Position numbers and translations under genes: made by a program. From Pirellulales bacterium (GTDB lineage Bacteria; Planctomycetota; Planctomycetia; Pirellulales; PALSA-1355), in NCBI GenBank assembly GCA_963733035.1, contig CAVTBU010000009.1, positions 160,001 to 224,000 on the forward strand: DNA of 64,000 bases, written 5' to 3'. Of the stretch, positions 11,143 to 22,413 are shown piece after piece; positions within the stretch are counted from its first letter, which is position 1; every line of letters starts with the position of its first letter. The notes under the pieces are model-generated. The model saw only the letters and a program-made list of their open reading frames with translations. It did not search any database and was not told where the DNA came from.

Positions 11143-13134
11143 TCACACGCCGGAGTTCCCAGGCGCTGCCAATTCGGCCGGCGTTTCCAGCTCCACGCCA
11201 TCGGTTGTTTGGCCGCTTGTCACATTCACTTTGACCGCCCGCTGCCAGGGATCGGCATTCGCTCGGTGTCGCTTGCGCTCCTCGGCCGAAATCCCGGTGA
11301 GCTCCCGTGGTACCTCGGCGTCTTCAAAGCCGTCGCTGCCGACCTTCAGGCCGTAGGTACCCGGCGGCAAATGTTCGAGCGAAAAGTTGCCGTCCGCATC
11401 GATGCGTGCTTCGGCCCGCAGGCCCTGGTCGTTAAACGCCACGGCCCACAAATTTCCTTGCCACACCGCGGGCACGTTCTTCACCGTTCCGTGAATGCTG
11501 CCGCCGGCGACGCACTCGATGTCGACCTGCTTGGTTTCGTTGGCGGAGATCTCCAGCGGGCCGACTTGTGTGATCGCGTAACCGGGCTCGTCGACGACGA
11601 CGTACTGCCCCTTTCCCGTCTTCGGCACGTCAAGCGTGTACGTTCCGTTGTGAATCGGTACATATGAAGGACGAACCGAGCTTCCGGCAGTCGTGCGACC
11701 GCGCATGATCGGCGCGTTCAGCAGGTTCCTTGGTTTAGGCACCACCCACAGGGCGACCCACCCGGAACTGACGGGCCGCCCATTTCGCGTCACCGTGCCG
11801 GTGATCCGCTGGGTTTGAATTGTTGGTTTCGAGTGTTCCGTCTTTTGCTTGAGCTTGACAACCAGCCCGTCGATCGGCTGCAGATTCTTGATGGGCGGGG
11901 TGAAAGTGTCGCCGTCGTGGAAACCCTTCGCCGAGAGCGTCAGGTGATATTCTTGCGGCTTCGTATAGGGCACGCGGAAATGCCCCGGCGAGGGCTGCTC
12001 GAATGGCGACGTTCCGCATGCATTCAAGACCAGCTCGCCGTCCGGCTTTCGGTAAAACGTACAGAGCACGGCGCGATGGATCTCGACGGGTTCGCCCGAT
12101 TCCGCGTCGACCGCGTCGCCCTCGATCCAGGCGACACGTGGCATCGTGACCAGGAACTCCTTGGTGGTGACGAGTGATCGCTCTTGCGTCGCCAGATCGC
12201 GGTGTTTGAAGCCGTCTTCGTCGATCTGCATGGACCAGTTGATCGGAATGTGCCCTTCCTTCGCCATGTTGAATTGGAAGTTTGGGTTGGCCGCGAAGCC
12301 GTTTATCACAAACCGTCCGCTCGCGTCCGTCTCAGCGGTTCGGCCGAAGGCGTAGATCGCCACTCCCTCAAGCGGCTGACCCGCTTCGTCGACCACCCGC
12401 CCCTGAACCGGCACATCTTTTTTCAATCGGATTGGCTCGGGTAGCGATCGCTCACCGCTGGGAATCGTAAAAGTGGTGCTGCTGGCGATTTGACGGTCCG
12501 GCAGTCGTACAACGAGCTGGGCCTTTCCCACGGGTAACGGAGGCGTTCGGAAGCGGCCCTCGCCGTCGGTGGTGACCGTGACCGGCTCGCCAACTTGCTC
12601 GATCGTGTGCCCACTAATGTATCGATAAATGAAACACTCGACGGTCGTATTTGCGCGCGGCTGCCCATCTGAGTCAATCACCTGGCCGGTGACCTCGCAA
12701 CCGCGATTGAGCTGAATCGTTCCCAGGCCGTTGTCCGCGCCGGGGTAAATGACGTAAGTCAGCCTAGGGACGACTTCCAACGCATAGTTATCGGCCTCGA
12801 TAAGGACGTCGCCTAGTGGACGACAACTTGCTTCGACCGGCCCCAGCTGAAAGTGCCCTTCGGCATCCGTCGTCGTTTCACACACCAACCCGTAGGAGGC
12901 GTCCAGCGTGTCACGATCGTATTTCCGCTGACGGACCGAAACCCGGGCGCCTGCAACCACCTTGCCCGCGGGATCAACCACGGTTCCGGACAACGTGCCA
13001 ACAGCGACCTTGTCCTCGATGGGCTGTCCGTCGGCGGCCTGAATTTCATTGGGGTCGGCGACTGATTGACCAACAAACACAAGTCCGACAAACACAACCA
13101 GCGATAAGCCGCAAACATGGAGTCGGGCGATCAT
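11143..13134 (-). CDS. Secreted carboxypeptidase regulatory-like repeat protein
   Basis: Signal peptide; repeated GxVVDxxGxPxxGA and TDxxGxF units. Confidence 0.8.
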   Translation of the reverse strand: MIARLHVCGLSLVVFVGLVFVGQSVADPNEIQAADGQPIEDKVAVGTLSGTVVDPAGKVVAGARVSVRQRKYDRDTLDASYGLVCETTTDAEGHFQLGPVEASCRPLGDVLIEADNYALEVVPRLTYVIYPGADNGLGTIQLNRGCEVTGQVIDSDGQPRANTTVECFIYRYISGHTIEQVGEPVTVTTDGEGRFRTPPLPVGKAQLVVRLPDRQIASSTTFTIPSGERSLPEPIRLKKDVPVQGRVVDEAGQPLEGVAIYAFGRTAETDASGRFVINGFAANPNFQFNMAKEGHIPINWSMQIDEDGFKHRDLATQERSLVTTKEFLVTMPRVAWIEGDAVDAESGEPVEIHRAVLCTFYRKPDGELVLNACGTSPFEQPSPGHFRVPYTKPQEYHLTLSAKGFHDGDTFTPPIKNLQPIDGLVVKLKQKTEHSKPTIQTQRITGTVTRNGRPVSSGWVALWVVPKPRNLLNAPIMRGRTTAGSSVRPSYVPIHNGTYTLDVPKTGKGQYVVVDEPGYAITQVGPLEISANETKQVDIECVAGGSIHGTVKNVPAVWQGNLWAVAFNDQGLRAEARIDADGNFSLEHLPPGTYGLKVGSDGFEDAEVPRELTGISAEERKRHRANADPWQRAVKVNVTSGQTTDGVELETPAELAAPGNSGV

Positions 13135-13419
13135 CGCAAATCTCCCTTTTAACATTGTCTCGGGCTGTCGAAGCACGGAGTAGACATTCGACCGACGGGT
13201 TGATTATATCACCCCCCGGACGGCTAACAACGAATTCCCGCAGCCGGTTGGGAGCATGCACGATGACCAATGGAGCCTCTCGGCAGGAAATTGCACGACT
13301 GGCGATGTTCGCAACCTACGCAGCCCGGGGCCTCGGCTGTTGTCCTCGCCGGTTTGCCACCGCCTTTCTCGCCGCCTATATTGCGCGGCGGGCGGATTCA
13401 CCGTCGGAGGACTTGACGC

Positions 13420-14370
13420 GTGGCAACGAATCCTGATATTTCGCGGCGTGACTGGTTGCGACAGGCTGGCGTCGCGGGATTGGCGGCCGCGGGGTCAGGC
13501 GTGTTGGAAAGGCCGGCCATGGCAGTGAGCGACAAGAAGTGGCATGTTGTCGACCCGCACGTGCACGTGTGGAAGAACGATCCGCGCTATCCGTGGCCTG
13601 CGGATTTGCAGTCGCCGCCCAGGCAAGACGCGACGACCGAGATGCTGCTCGATCGGATGCGCGAGCACGGCGTCGATCAAACCGTCATCGTGCACGTCAT
13701 CTACTACCGCTGGGATTGTCGATATGCGGCCGATTCGGTGCGAGCGCATCCGAACAAGTTTGGCGGCGTATGCCGGGTCGACCCGCTTCGTTCCGAAGCC
13801 ACTTCGCAGCTAGTACACTGGGTATCGCAAGGGCTGCGCGGCGTGCGGCTCAGTCCGGGGAATGGCCCCGGCGGAGACTGGATTGGCGACGTGCCGCGGA
13901 TGGATGCCATTTGGACCAAGGCGGCCGAGCTCAAGGTGCCGATGTGCATTCTGTGCCCGATTGATCGAATTCCCGATGTCGAGCAAGTGATCGCGCGTCA
14001 CGACGGGCAGCTCGACGTGTGCATCGATCACATGGCTGACTGCCCGATCGATCAGCCGGAGGAATTGAAGAAGCTACTGGTGCTGGCGCGGTATCCAAGG
14101 GTGTATGTCAAGCTGAGCCACTTGTGGATGCTTTCGAAGCAGGACTATCCTTACCGCGATACCCACGACCAGGTGCGCAAACTGTACGACGCGTTCGGTC
14201 CAGAGCGGTTGATGTGGGGCACGGACTGGCCGGTCGTCGAGGACTACTGCGGCTACGGCCGGGCGCTGGCGCTGTATCGCGACGAGATCAAGTTCTTCAG
14301 CGACGACGATCGCCGCTGGATCCTGGGCCAAACGGCGCTCAAGCTCTGGCCGATTGGGAATTCCAGTTGA
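13420..14370 (+). CDS. Tat-exported amidohydrolase_2 family protein (sugar lactonase-like)
   Basis: SRRDWL Tat motif, DPHVHVW, IDHMA, YVKLS, FGPERLMWGTDWP. Confidence 0.88.
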   Translation: MATNPDISRRDWLRQAGVAGLAAAGSGVLERPAMAVSDKKWHVVDPHVHVWKNDPRYPWPADLQSPPRQDATTEMLLDRMREHGVDQTVIVHVIYYRWDCRYAADSVRAHPNKFGGVCRVDPLRSEATSQLVHWVSQGLRGVRLSPGNGPGGDWIGDVPRMDAIWTKAAELKVPMCILCPIDRIPDVEQVIARHDGQLDVCIDHMADCPIDQPEELKKLLVLARYPRVYVKLSHLWMLSKQDYPYRDTHDQVRKLYDAFGPERLMWGTDWPVVEDYCGYGRALALYRDEIKFFSDDDRRWILGQTALKLWPIGNSS

Positions 14371-14399
14371 ACCGATCGCAATTAAGTGGAGGGATAACG

Positions 14400-15410
14400 A
14401 TGGAACGACAGACGCGACGAACGTTTCTCAAGTCGGCCGGTCTCGTGGCAGGCTCCTCCCTCCTCATCACGCGCCCGGCGTTCGCCGAAGAGCCGGCCGC
14501 ACCAGAAAAACCGCGCGAGCGGCCAAACATTCTTTACGCCGTGTCGACCGGATGCTGGGGGCCAGTGACGCCGCCTGGCGAGCATCTGCCGCTGCTCAAG
14601 ATTCTCGACGAAACCGCGGCCGCCGGTTTCAATGGTGTGCGACTGACCGGCTTTCCCGGTTTGCTCGAACAAAACGGACTGAGCGTCGAAGCGTATGGCG
14701 AGGAATTGGCGAGCCGTGGCCTGCGGTTTTCAACCGTGTCGTTTGGCGGAAACTATTACGACACCAACGCGCACGCCGATATTCGCCAGCGGGCTCGCGA
14801 TGCTCTGGCGGCACATAAAAAGTACGGCGCAACGGCCATGGTCTTTTTTCCGCCGTCACCGGTTCCCGAGGCGGAAGAGGCCGAGGCACTTTCTGCCATG
14901 TTTGCCTTCGTCAACGAGCTGGGGAAGATGGCCGTCGAGGAGTACGGCATCCGCATGGGCTTGCACAACCATACCGATACGATTGTGGAAAACCAGCGGC
15001 AGGTCGATCGGTTTCTCGAGGGGACCGATCCGCGCTATGTCTTCGCTGCCTGGGATTCGGCCCATCTGCTGTTGGGCGGGTGCGACGTGCAGGCGACGTA
15101 CAAAAAGGCGATCGATCGGCTCGTCTACACCGACTTCAAGGACGCCACCCTGCAGCCGACGGCCGAGGACTACCTGGCCCCCAACGGCACGCGCTACGCC
15201 GGCGACACGCATCAGGGGCGTTTTTATAATTCGATGCTGGAGCTGGGGCGCGGCCAGATCGACTTTGTGTCGCTGATGCAACTGCTGGCCGACAACAAGT
15301 ATCGTGGCTGGATCAACCACGATCTGGATACAATCCGCGTGTCGATCGACGAGAGCTGGCGAGTGTCGATGGGCTACATCAAAGAGAAACTGGATCCGAT
15401 TTATATGTAG
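14400..15410 (+). CDS. Tat-exported sugar phosphate isomerase/epimerase (IolE-like TIM barrel)
   Basis: TRRTFLK, HNH, DSAH, KD, ELGRGQIDF, YRGW; GGAGG RBS. Confidence 0.85.
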   Translation: MERQTRRTFLKSAGLVAGSSLLITRPAFAEEPAAPEKPRERPNILYAVSTGCWGPVTPPGEHLPLLKILDETAAAGFNGVRLTGFPGLLEQNGLSVEAYGEELASRGLRFSTVSFGGNYYDTNAHADIRQRARDALAAHKKYGATAMVFFPPSPVPEAEEAEALSAMFAFVNELGKMAVEEYGIRMGLHNHTDTIVENQRQVDRFLEGTDPRYVFAAWDSAHLLLGGCDVQATYKKAIDRLVYTDFKDATLQPTAEDYLAPNGTRYAGDTHQGRFYNSMLELGRGQIDFVSLMQLLADNKYRGWINHDLDTIRVSIDESWRVSMGYIKEKLDPIYM

Positions 15411-15429
15411 GTCAGGCCTGGGCCTGACC
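15410..15429. terminator. GC hairpin between convergent genes (possible bidirectional terminator)
   Basis: ggtcaggcc-tg-ggcctgacc dyad between two stop codons; no U-tract. Confidence 0.4.
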
Positions 15430-15433
15430 GGCT

Positions 15434-15766
15434 CTAAGCCGCGCCCTGCGCCTTGCGGAGCTCGTTGCCCATTTGGCCGGTCAGCATTTTGGCCCACATC
15501 TTCCAGTCGGCAATGAAGGACCAGAGCGGGTACTTGAAGCTGGCGGGCTTGTTCTTCTCGATGAAGAAATGTCCGATCCAGGCGAAGCCATAACCAACGA
15601 TCGGCGCGGCGATCAGCAGCCAAGGGTTGTAGAAAATGCCCGCGGCCAGCACGACCAGTGATAGCGTGCTGCCAATAAAGTGCAGCGCCCGGCAGGCCGG
15701 CACCGAATGCTCGCGGACGTAAAACGGCCAGAACTCCTGGAACGTTTGAATGCGCTGTTCAGACAT
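15434..15766 (-). CDS. DUF962 / Mpo1-like membrane protein
   Basis: FWPFYVREH, RALHFIG, GYGFAWIGHFFIEKNKPASFKYP. Confidence 0.9.
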   Translation of the reverse strand: MSEQRIQTFQEFWPFYVREHSVPACRALHFIGSTLSLVVLAAGIFYNPWLLIAAPIVGYGFAWIGHFFIEKNKPASFKYPLWSFIADWKMWAKMLTGQMGNELRKAQGAA

Positions 15767-15799
15767 GACGCATGGCTCCGTGAAACGTGTGTGATTGGT

Positions 15800-17164
15800 T
15801 CAGATCAATTCGGCCAGCGGCCGCGCTCCGTCGTCGACGAGGTATTGCGGCCGGCCCTGAAAATCGGTGATAGTGGTCGTGCTCGCATCGATTCCCAGAT
15901 TGTGATACAGCGTGGCAAACAATTCGGGAAACGTGACCGGGCGATCGATTGCCTCGCCAGCCAGACGGTCCGTCGCGCCGATCACCTGGCCGGTCCGCAT
16001 GCCGCCGCCGGCCAGCAGCCCACAGGCGACGCGGGGCCAATGGTCGCGACCAACGTTTTTATTAATCGTCGGCGTGCGGCCAAACTCGCCCCACACGGCC
16101 ACAGTAACGTCTTTGTCCAGGCCGCGCTCGTGCAAGTCTTCGATCAGGGCTGAAAAACCGCGATCAAAGACGGTCAGGTCTTCCTGACAACGGTCGAAGC
16201 ACGAGCCGTAAGGATGGCCATGCCAGTCCCATTTGCTGTAGTTAAGTGTGACGACGCGCGCGCCCGCTTCGACCAGTCGGCGGGCGAGGAGAAAACTTTG
16301 TGGCACGCGAGGCGCGCCGTTTTCATCAATGTGAACAGTTTCATCGCCAGTGCCATACCGTTCGACGACGCGCGGGTCTTCGTTCGACAGGTCAAGGGCA
16401 TTGGCCAATCGCGGCGAAGTCAGAATACTCATCGCGCGTTCGGTGAAAGCATCCATGCCATGCATCTTGCCACTGGCGTCCGCGCCGCGTCGAAAACGAT
16501 CGAGGCTCGCGAGCAGGGCCTTGCGATTGCCAAGCTGACCGGGCGAGACGCCATGCAAGACCATGTCGTCGCGTGCCGGACCCCGAGGACGCAACGAATC
16601 GTGAGCGATGCCCAAAAACCCGGCTCCGGGCTCATTGTACGGTGGGTGTGTGCACTGGTAGCAGAGACTGACGAACGGCGGCACGCTTTTGTCGCGCGGA
16701 CCCTGCACCTTGGAAACAACCGAACCGAGCTGCGGCCAGCCGCCGGCCGGCACATTCTGCTTTGGATGACGTCCGGTGTAGCACTGGGTCGCATCATGGT
16801 CGTCCTGGGCGCCGACAATGGAACGAATCGGCACCAGTTTGTCCATCATCTGTGCCAGCCGCGGCAGATGCTCGCAGATGTCGATGCCGGCCACATTGGT
16901 GCGAATCGGACGAAACGGCCCAGCTACTTCGCGCGGCGCCTCGGGCTTGAGGTCGAGAATATCTTGATGCGGAGGACCGCCGACCAGGTAGACAAGGATC
17001 ACCGACTTTTGCGAATTGCCCGCGCCGCCGCGCTCTTGGGCGGCCAGCAATTGCGGCAGCGTCATGCCGGCCAGTCCGAGCGTGCCGATCTTGAGAAAGT
17101 CGCGGCGCGTCGTGCCGTCGCAAAAGGGTGTACGGCGGTCCGGTCGGCCTTGAATCGTAAGCAT
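15800..17164 (-). CDS. DUF1501 family protein
   Basis: [42 protein letters not shown]. Confidence 0.93.
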   Translation of the reverse strand: MLTIQGRPDRRTPFCDGTTRRDFLKIGTLGLAGMTLPQLLAAQERGGAGNSQKSVILVYLVGGPPHQDILDLKPEAPREVAGPFRPIRTNVAGIDICEHLPRLAQMMDKLVPIRSIVGAQDDHDATQCYTGRHPKQNVPAGGWPQLGSVVSKVQGPRDKSVPPFVSLCYQCTHPPYNEPGAGFLGIAHDSLRPRGPARDDMVLHGVSPGQLGNRKALLASLDRFRRGADASGKMHGMDAFTERAMSILTSPRLANALDLSNEDPRVVERYGTGDETVHIDENGAPRVPQSFLLARRLVEAGARVVTLNYSKWDWHGHPYGSCFDRCQEDLTVFDRGFSALIEDLHERGLDKDVTVAVWGEFGRTPTINKNVGRDHWPRVACGLLAGGGMRTGQVIGATDRLAGEAIDRPVTFPELFATLYHNLGIDASTTTITDFQGRPQYLVDDGARPLAELI

Positions 17165-17321
17165 CGAACCTCCTCGCTCGCTTTGCGTGGGGCGAGCAAT
17201 CGGCGAAACTCGTGTCGCTCGACATGATAACCGCCCGGCTTGCGGCCACCAAGCCGACGTAAGCGCGCCCCGCACCTTTGGCTTGGTGGCGGTCGTTGGC
17301 TCGTCAAATTATACTGCCTCC

Positions 17322-18926
17322 ATGCATGGTCTGGCTGCGATCTTACTACTCTTGGCGCGGATGCCGACCGAGCCGGCTGAAGACTCACAGCCGCGCAAGG
17401 CATCTTGTTCGCTCACGCTCGAACTCGTCGATGCGAAGTCGCGACAACCGCTTTCTGGCATCGTGCGAATCGTCGGACCGGACCGGCGCGTTTGTAAGCC
17501 GCCGGAGCTGCTCAACCGCGGCCAGGGGCTCGGCGAAACAGACCCGATTCACGAATGGTCGGTGCTGAACAAGAAAATGTCCCTGACCGTACCGGCCGGG
17601 CCGATTTCGATCCATGCACTGGCCGGCTTGGAAAGCGACCTGGCTGAGCAGCAAGTCGATCTGACCGGCAAGCCGCACGCGGAATTGTCCATCGGACTTC
17701 GGCGGTTCAAGAACATGCGGGCGACCGGACACGTGGCCGGCAATACACATCTGCACCTCAAGCAGCTAAGCAAACCGCAGGCCGATCGATATCTGAAAGA
17801 AGTCCCTCTGGGCGACGGGCTCGACGTCGTGTTCGTCTCGTATCTCGAAAGGGCCGGCGCCGATCTGGAGTACACCAGTAATAACTACACAGCGAAGGAC
17901 CTGGCGCGCTTGTCGCACGGTCATCTGCATTTTGGACACGGCGAGGAGCAGCGGCACAACTTCGGCTCACACGGAGAGGGTTATGGACACATCCTGCTAC
18001 TCGACATTCCTTATATCGTGCAGCCAGTAAGCATCGGTCCGGGCATTACAAAGACAGGCGTCGATTCGCCGCCGCTGCAAGAAGGGATCGACAAAGCTCG
18101 CGGCGCCGGGGGCAAGGTAATTTGGGCCCACAACCTGTTCGGCTTCGAGGACATTCCGAATTGGATCACCGGCCGCGTGCACGCCAACAACATTTACGAC
18201 GGCAGCCACCGCGGCAGCTTCAAAGACACCTATTACCGCTATCTGAACATCGGCCTGCACGTTCCCTTTTCCACCGGCACCGATTGGTTCATTTATGACT
18301 TTTCGCGGGTCTATGTGCTGGCCGAGCGGCCGCTCACTCCCACCGAGTGGCTCGACGAACTAGCAGCCGGCAAGTCGATGATCACGAACGGTCCACTCGT
18401 GGAACTGACCGTCGACGGGCAGCCGCTGGGCAGCGTGATCGAGTTAAACCAGCCGCGGGAAGTGCGGGTGCGGGGCAGGGCGATCGGCCGCGCGGACTTC
18501 AAGCGGATCGAACTGGTGCGGAATGGGCGGGTCGTAGAAACGGCGGCGTGCACGGCCGAAGGCGGTCACTTCCGGGCGGAGCTTGATTTGCCGCTGCGGG
18601 TGGACAAGTCCAGTTGGCTAGCGCTGCGAACGGTGCCTCCGCCGGTCGAAGGAGATCCGGAATTGCACGAGCTGGTCGGCACGAACGAGTTCGATCATCC
18701 GCTCTTTTCGCACACCAGCCCAATTTACGTCCTCGTGGCGGGGCAGCCCATTTTCGACGAGGAAACGGCTCGGGGACTGCTGGCGGAAATGGAGTCGGAC
18801 GTGGCGAAAATCGAAGCGGAAGCCAAATTCAGCAATCCGTTCCAGCGGCGGCGCGTGCTCAAGGTTTACGAGGAGGCCATCGAGAAGCTGCGCGAACGAC
18901 TGGCGGGACCGACACCGGCCGGGTAA
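17322..18926 (+). CDS. CehA/McbA-type PHP-like metallohydrolase
   Basis: GNTHLH, GEE, YGH, WAH, STGTDW, RVYV, TNGPL, HTSPIYV. Confidence 0.8.
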   Translation: MHGLAAILLLLARMPTEPAEDSQPRKASCSLTLELVDAKSRQPLSGIVRIVGPDRRVCKPPELLNRGQGLGETDPIHEWSVLNKKMSLTVPAGPISIHALAGLESDLAEQQVDLTGKPHAELSIGLRRFKNMRATGHVAGNTHLHLKQLSKPQADRYLKEVPLGDGLDVVFVSYLERAGADLEYTSNNYTAKDLARLSHGHLHFGHGEEQRHNFGSHGEGYGHILLLDIPYIVQPVSIGPGITKTGVDSPPLQEGIDKARGAGGKVIWAHNLFGFEDIPNWITGRVHANNIYDGSHRGSFKDTYYRYLNIGLHVPFSTGTDWFIYDFSRVYVLAERPLTPTEWLDELAAGKSMITNGPLVELTVDGQPLGSVIELNQPREVRVRGRAIGRADFKRIELVRNGRVVETAACTAEGGHFRAELDLPLRVDKSSWLALRTVPPPVEGDPELHELVGTNEFDHPLFSHTSPIYVLVAGQPIFDEETARGLLAEMESDVAKIEAEAKFSNPFQRRRVLKVYEEAIEKLRERLAGPTPAG

Positions 18927-18977
18927 AAATAGGGTAATCCCCAGAGAGTGCCACCAATCGCTGGAGAGTGCCCATCC

Positions 18978-20729
18978 ATGTCCACTTCCGCTGAATCCTC
19001 CGCTACGCCGAGTTGCGACGTCGTCATTCGCGGCGGCCAGGTATTTGACGGTGCCGGTTCGCCCGCGACGACGGCCGACGTTGCCATTTCGAGCGGCAAG
19101 GTACAAGCCGTCGGTCGTCAGTTGCCACTGCAAGGGCGCCGCGAGATCGACGCCAGGGGCTGCTGGGTGATGCCCGGCATGCTCGACATTCACACGCATT
19201 ACGACGCCGAGATCGAAGCCATGCCGGGGCTTGAGGAATCGGTGCGTCATGGCGTGACCACGGTCGTCATGGGCAACTGCTCCTTGTCGGCGGCGCTGGG
19301 GACGAAGAAAGATCTGCTCGACCTGTTCTGTCGCGTCGAAAGCCTGCCGCGCGACGTGCTCTCGAAATGGCTGGGCGAGGGGGAGCACCTGCCGTGGAAC
19401 GGTGTGCGCGAGTACTACCAGCATCTCGAAACGTTGCCGATGGGCCCCAACGTGGCCAGCCTGATCGGCCATTCGAACGTCCGCTCGCACGTGATGGGCA
19501 TGGAGCGGAGCCTGACGGTCAGCAAGGCCGAGCCCGACGAAGTACGCAAGATGCAGGAGATCGTTGACGACGCGCTGGCCGAAGGCTATCTGGGACTGTC
19601 GATCGACATGCTGCCGTGGCACCGGCTCGACGGTGACCCGTTTCGGGGCATCTCGGTCCCTTCGCAGCACGCCCATCCCAGCGAATATCGCAGCCTGGGC
19701 AATATCGTTCGCAAGCGCGATCGCGTGCTGCAGGCCACGCCCAACGCGCTGACAAAGCGCACCGTTGCGATTCTGGGCATGATGAGCACCGGAGTCGGCC
19801 GCAAGCCGCTGCGAACCACGATCGTGGCGGCGATGGACGTGAAAACCAACCGCCGGATTTATCGCATTGCCACTTCGATGGGACGGGTGCTCAACGGACT
19901 GTTCAACGCGAATGTCCGCTGGCAGACGTTGGCTGAGCCGTTTTTGAACTACTGCGACGGCGTGCACACGCCGCTGTTCGAGGAGTTTGCAACCGGCGTC
20001 AAGGCCATCAGCGCCACCAGCGACGAACGCAGGCAGATGTTTGCCGATCCGGCGTTCCGCCGCGAGTTTCGCCAGGAGTGGGAATCGACGTCAGCCCGCA
20101 TATTTCACCGCGACCTGGCGGACATGTGGGTTGTGTCGTCGCCGATTGCCGGGCAGGCGCGCAAATCGTTCGCCGAGCTGGCTGCGGCCGAGGGACGCGA
20201 TCCGCTCGACTACTTCATGGACCTGCTCGCCGAGCACGATTCGGCCATCCGCTGGAAGACCGTCGTCACTAACGACCGCGATGCCGAGCGGCAGTTTCTG
20301 TTTGCCCACGACACGGCGCTGCCCGGCTTTAACGACTCGGGCGCCCACGCCCGCAACATGGCCTTCCAGGACGGCGGGTTGCAGATGCTCTCGCAGGTGG
20401 TAAACAATCCCTCTTTGATGCCGATCGAAAAGGCCGTGCACAAACTGACCGGCATGACGGCCGAGTGGATGGGCCTGGACACTGGCACGGTGAAACCCGG
20501 CGAGACGGCCGACGTGATCGTCGTCGACCCTGAAAAGCTGCGGAGAGGCCTCGGCGAACCGATCGAACACTACGACGATCGCTTACACGGCGCAATGCGG
20601 ATGGTGAAACGCTCGGACGGCGTGGTGCGGCAAGTGTTCGTCGGCGGACGCCTGGCCTTCGAGAACGCCGAGTTCGTGCCGGAGTTTGGCCGCGAGAAGT
20701 TTGGCCGCCTGCTGCGGTCGAAGCATTAG
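18978..20729 (+). CDS. N-acyl-D-amino-acid deacylase family amidohydrolase
   Basis: VIRGGQVFDG, DIHTHYD, HGVTTVVMGNC, NDSGAH, ADVIVVDP. Confidence 0.88.
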   Translation: MSTSAESSATPSCDVVIRGGQVFDGAGSPATTADVAISSGKVQAVGRQLPLQGRREIDARGCWVMPGMLDIHTHYDAEIEAMPGLEESVRHGVTTVVMGNCSLSAALGTKKDLLDLFCRVESLPRDVLSKWLGEGEHLPWNGVREYYQHLETLPMGPNVASLIGHSNVRSHVMGMERSLTVSKAEPDEVRKMQEIVDDALAEGYLGLSIDMLPWHRLDGDPFRGISVPSQHAHPSEYRSLGNIVRKRDRVLQATPNALTKRTVAILGMMSTGVGRKPLRTTIVAAMDVKTNRRIYRIATSMGRVLNGLFNANVRWQTLAEPFLNYCDGVHTPLFEEFATGVKAISATSDERRQMFADPAFRREFRQEWESTSARIFHRDLADMWVVSSPIAGQARKSFAELAAAEGRDPLDYFMDLLAEHDSAIRWKTVVTNDRDAERQFLFAHDTALPGFNDSGAHARNMAFQDGGLQMLSQVVNNPSLMPIEKAVHKLTGMTAEWMGLDTGTVKPGETADVIVVDPEKLRRGLGEPIEHYDDRLHGAMRMVKRSDGVVRQVFVGGRLAFENAEFVPEFGREKFGRLLRSKH

Positions 20730-20809
20730 ACCAACGAGTCTATTTACGTCGGCTATTTCGTCATCGCATCCACGCAGTGACGCAGCCCGTTGAATTCTTA
20801 AACAGGCCG

Positions 20810-22148
20810 CTATGCCAACAGTTCGGCGATCGGCCGCCCCTCGGCAAGAATACGGCGCGGACGGCCGGCATGATCGTGGAATTCGCGTGTCGTGTCGATG
20901 CCCAAAAAATCGTACATGGTCGCCAGTACGTCCCCCGGCGTGCACGGGCTGCTTACCGGATACGCTGCTTGCGAGTCGGTGGCACCAATGACCTGGCCCA
21001 CGCGCAGGTTGCCGCCGGAAAACAACACCGAGAACGCGCCCGGCCAATGGTCGCGGCCGGCTTGCGGATTGATCTTCGGTGTACGCCCGAACTCGCCATA
21101 AATGAGAACCATCACCTGCCGGTCGAGACCGCGACGGTACAAGTCTGTGACGAGCCCGGCGACCGCGCGATCAAACGGCGGGAGCGACGTTTTCTTGAGC
21201 GTGGCGAAATTGTCGGTATGCGTGTCCCATTCGCCGCCGGAAAGCACCGTGACGAACGTCACGCCGGCCTCAACCAATCGCCGCGCAAGCAGGCAGCGCT
21301 GGCCGGCCGACGTGCGGCCGTAAAGATCACGGGTGGCTTCGTCCTCGCGCGATGTCGAATGCCGTTTGGGCCTTCGATCCGGTAATGATTTCGAGTGCTT
21401 GCCGGCCAAACTGATCGGTGCCGGCCAGATCGCCTTGGCAATCGAGATCGGCGCGCAGGCGATCAAAGCCGTGCAACAGGGCCTCGCGGTCGTGCAGCCG
21501 CGCGGCGTCGAGCCCCAGCGGCAAATTGAGATTCCGTACGGAGAAGTTTTTATCGACCGGGTCACTTTCTGTCGTGAACGGATTGTACGCCACACCCAGG
21601 TAGGCGGGTCCGCCCAAAAGCTGGCGGCGCGGAACGCTGACGTAGGCCGGCAGTCCGGTACCATTTGACCCGCGGGCCCGGGCGACGAGCGCCCCGCACG
21701 AAGGATTGATGTTGGCGGTCGTGCTCGGCGGAGGTTCGTAGCCGGTCATCATCCAATGCGACGCCGGCAGATGACTCGCGTTTCCATGCGTCACTGAGCG
21801 AACCAGCGCAACGCGGTCCATCACTCCGGCCAGGTTGGGCAGGTGCTCGCCAAGTTGCACGCCGGGCAAACGGCTGGAAATCGGGCGGAACTCCCCCCGA
21901 ATCTCGGCCGGTGCCTGCGGCTTGAGATCGTACATATCGATGTGACTCGGCCCGCCCCCCATGAAGACCTGAATTACGGACGTGTGGCGGCGCGAACTGG
22001 CATTGGGAGCGGCCTCGGCGGCCCTGGCCCGATGGCGAAGCAAATCGCCGAGCGTCAGTCCTCCCAGTGCCAGCGAACCAATCCGTAGCACCGCCCGCCG
22101 CGAGACGCGCGTGTGTGTCGAACGACCGATGTCGCGGAGCGGTTGCAC
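20810..22148 (-). CDS. DUF1501 family protein, frameshift at ~21345
   Basis: GGPSHIDMYD...AFDIA (ORF 21327..22214) continues as REDEATRDLYG...LLARRLVEAG...GEFGRTP (ORF 20810..21664). Confidence 0.88.
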
Positions 22149-22413
22149 GTAAAGAACCTCGATGTCGCTACTGCGCAAGACGGATCGGAACCCGTCGTTG
22201 ACAGCCGCTTGCACGGTGCATTGTAGCGCAGACTGCGCAGGGCGAACAGCCCGCCGGCCATTGCGTAAAGGTTCTCCCGACCGTCACTTGTGGCGGACTA
22301 ACCGCGCGAAAAGCAGCATTCCAGGACCACCGCGGAATTGACGGAATGGGGATCGCGCGGATAACATCAAGGTGCATTGATGCGAGTTTTCATCGGTCCT
22401 CGAGGGCTAGGGA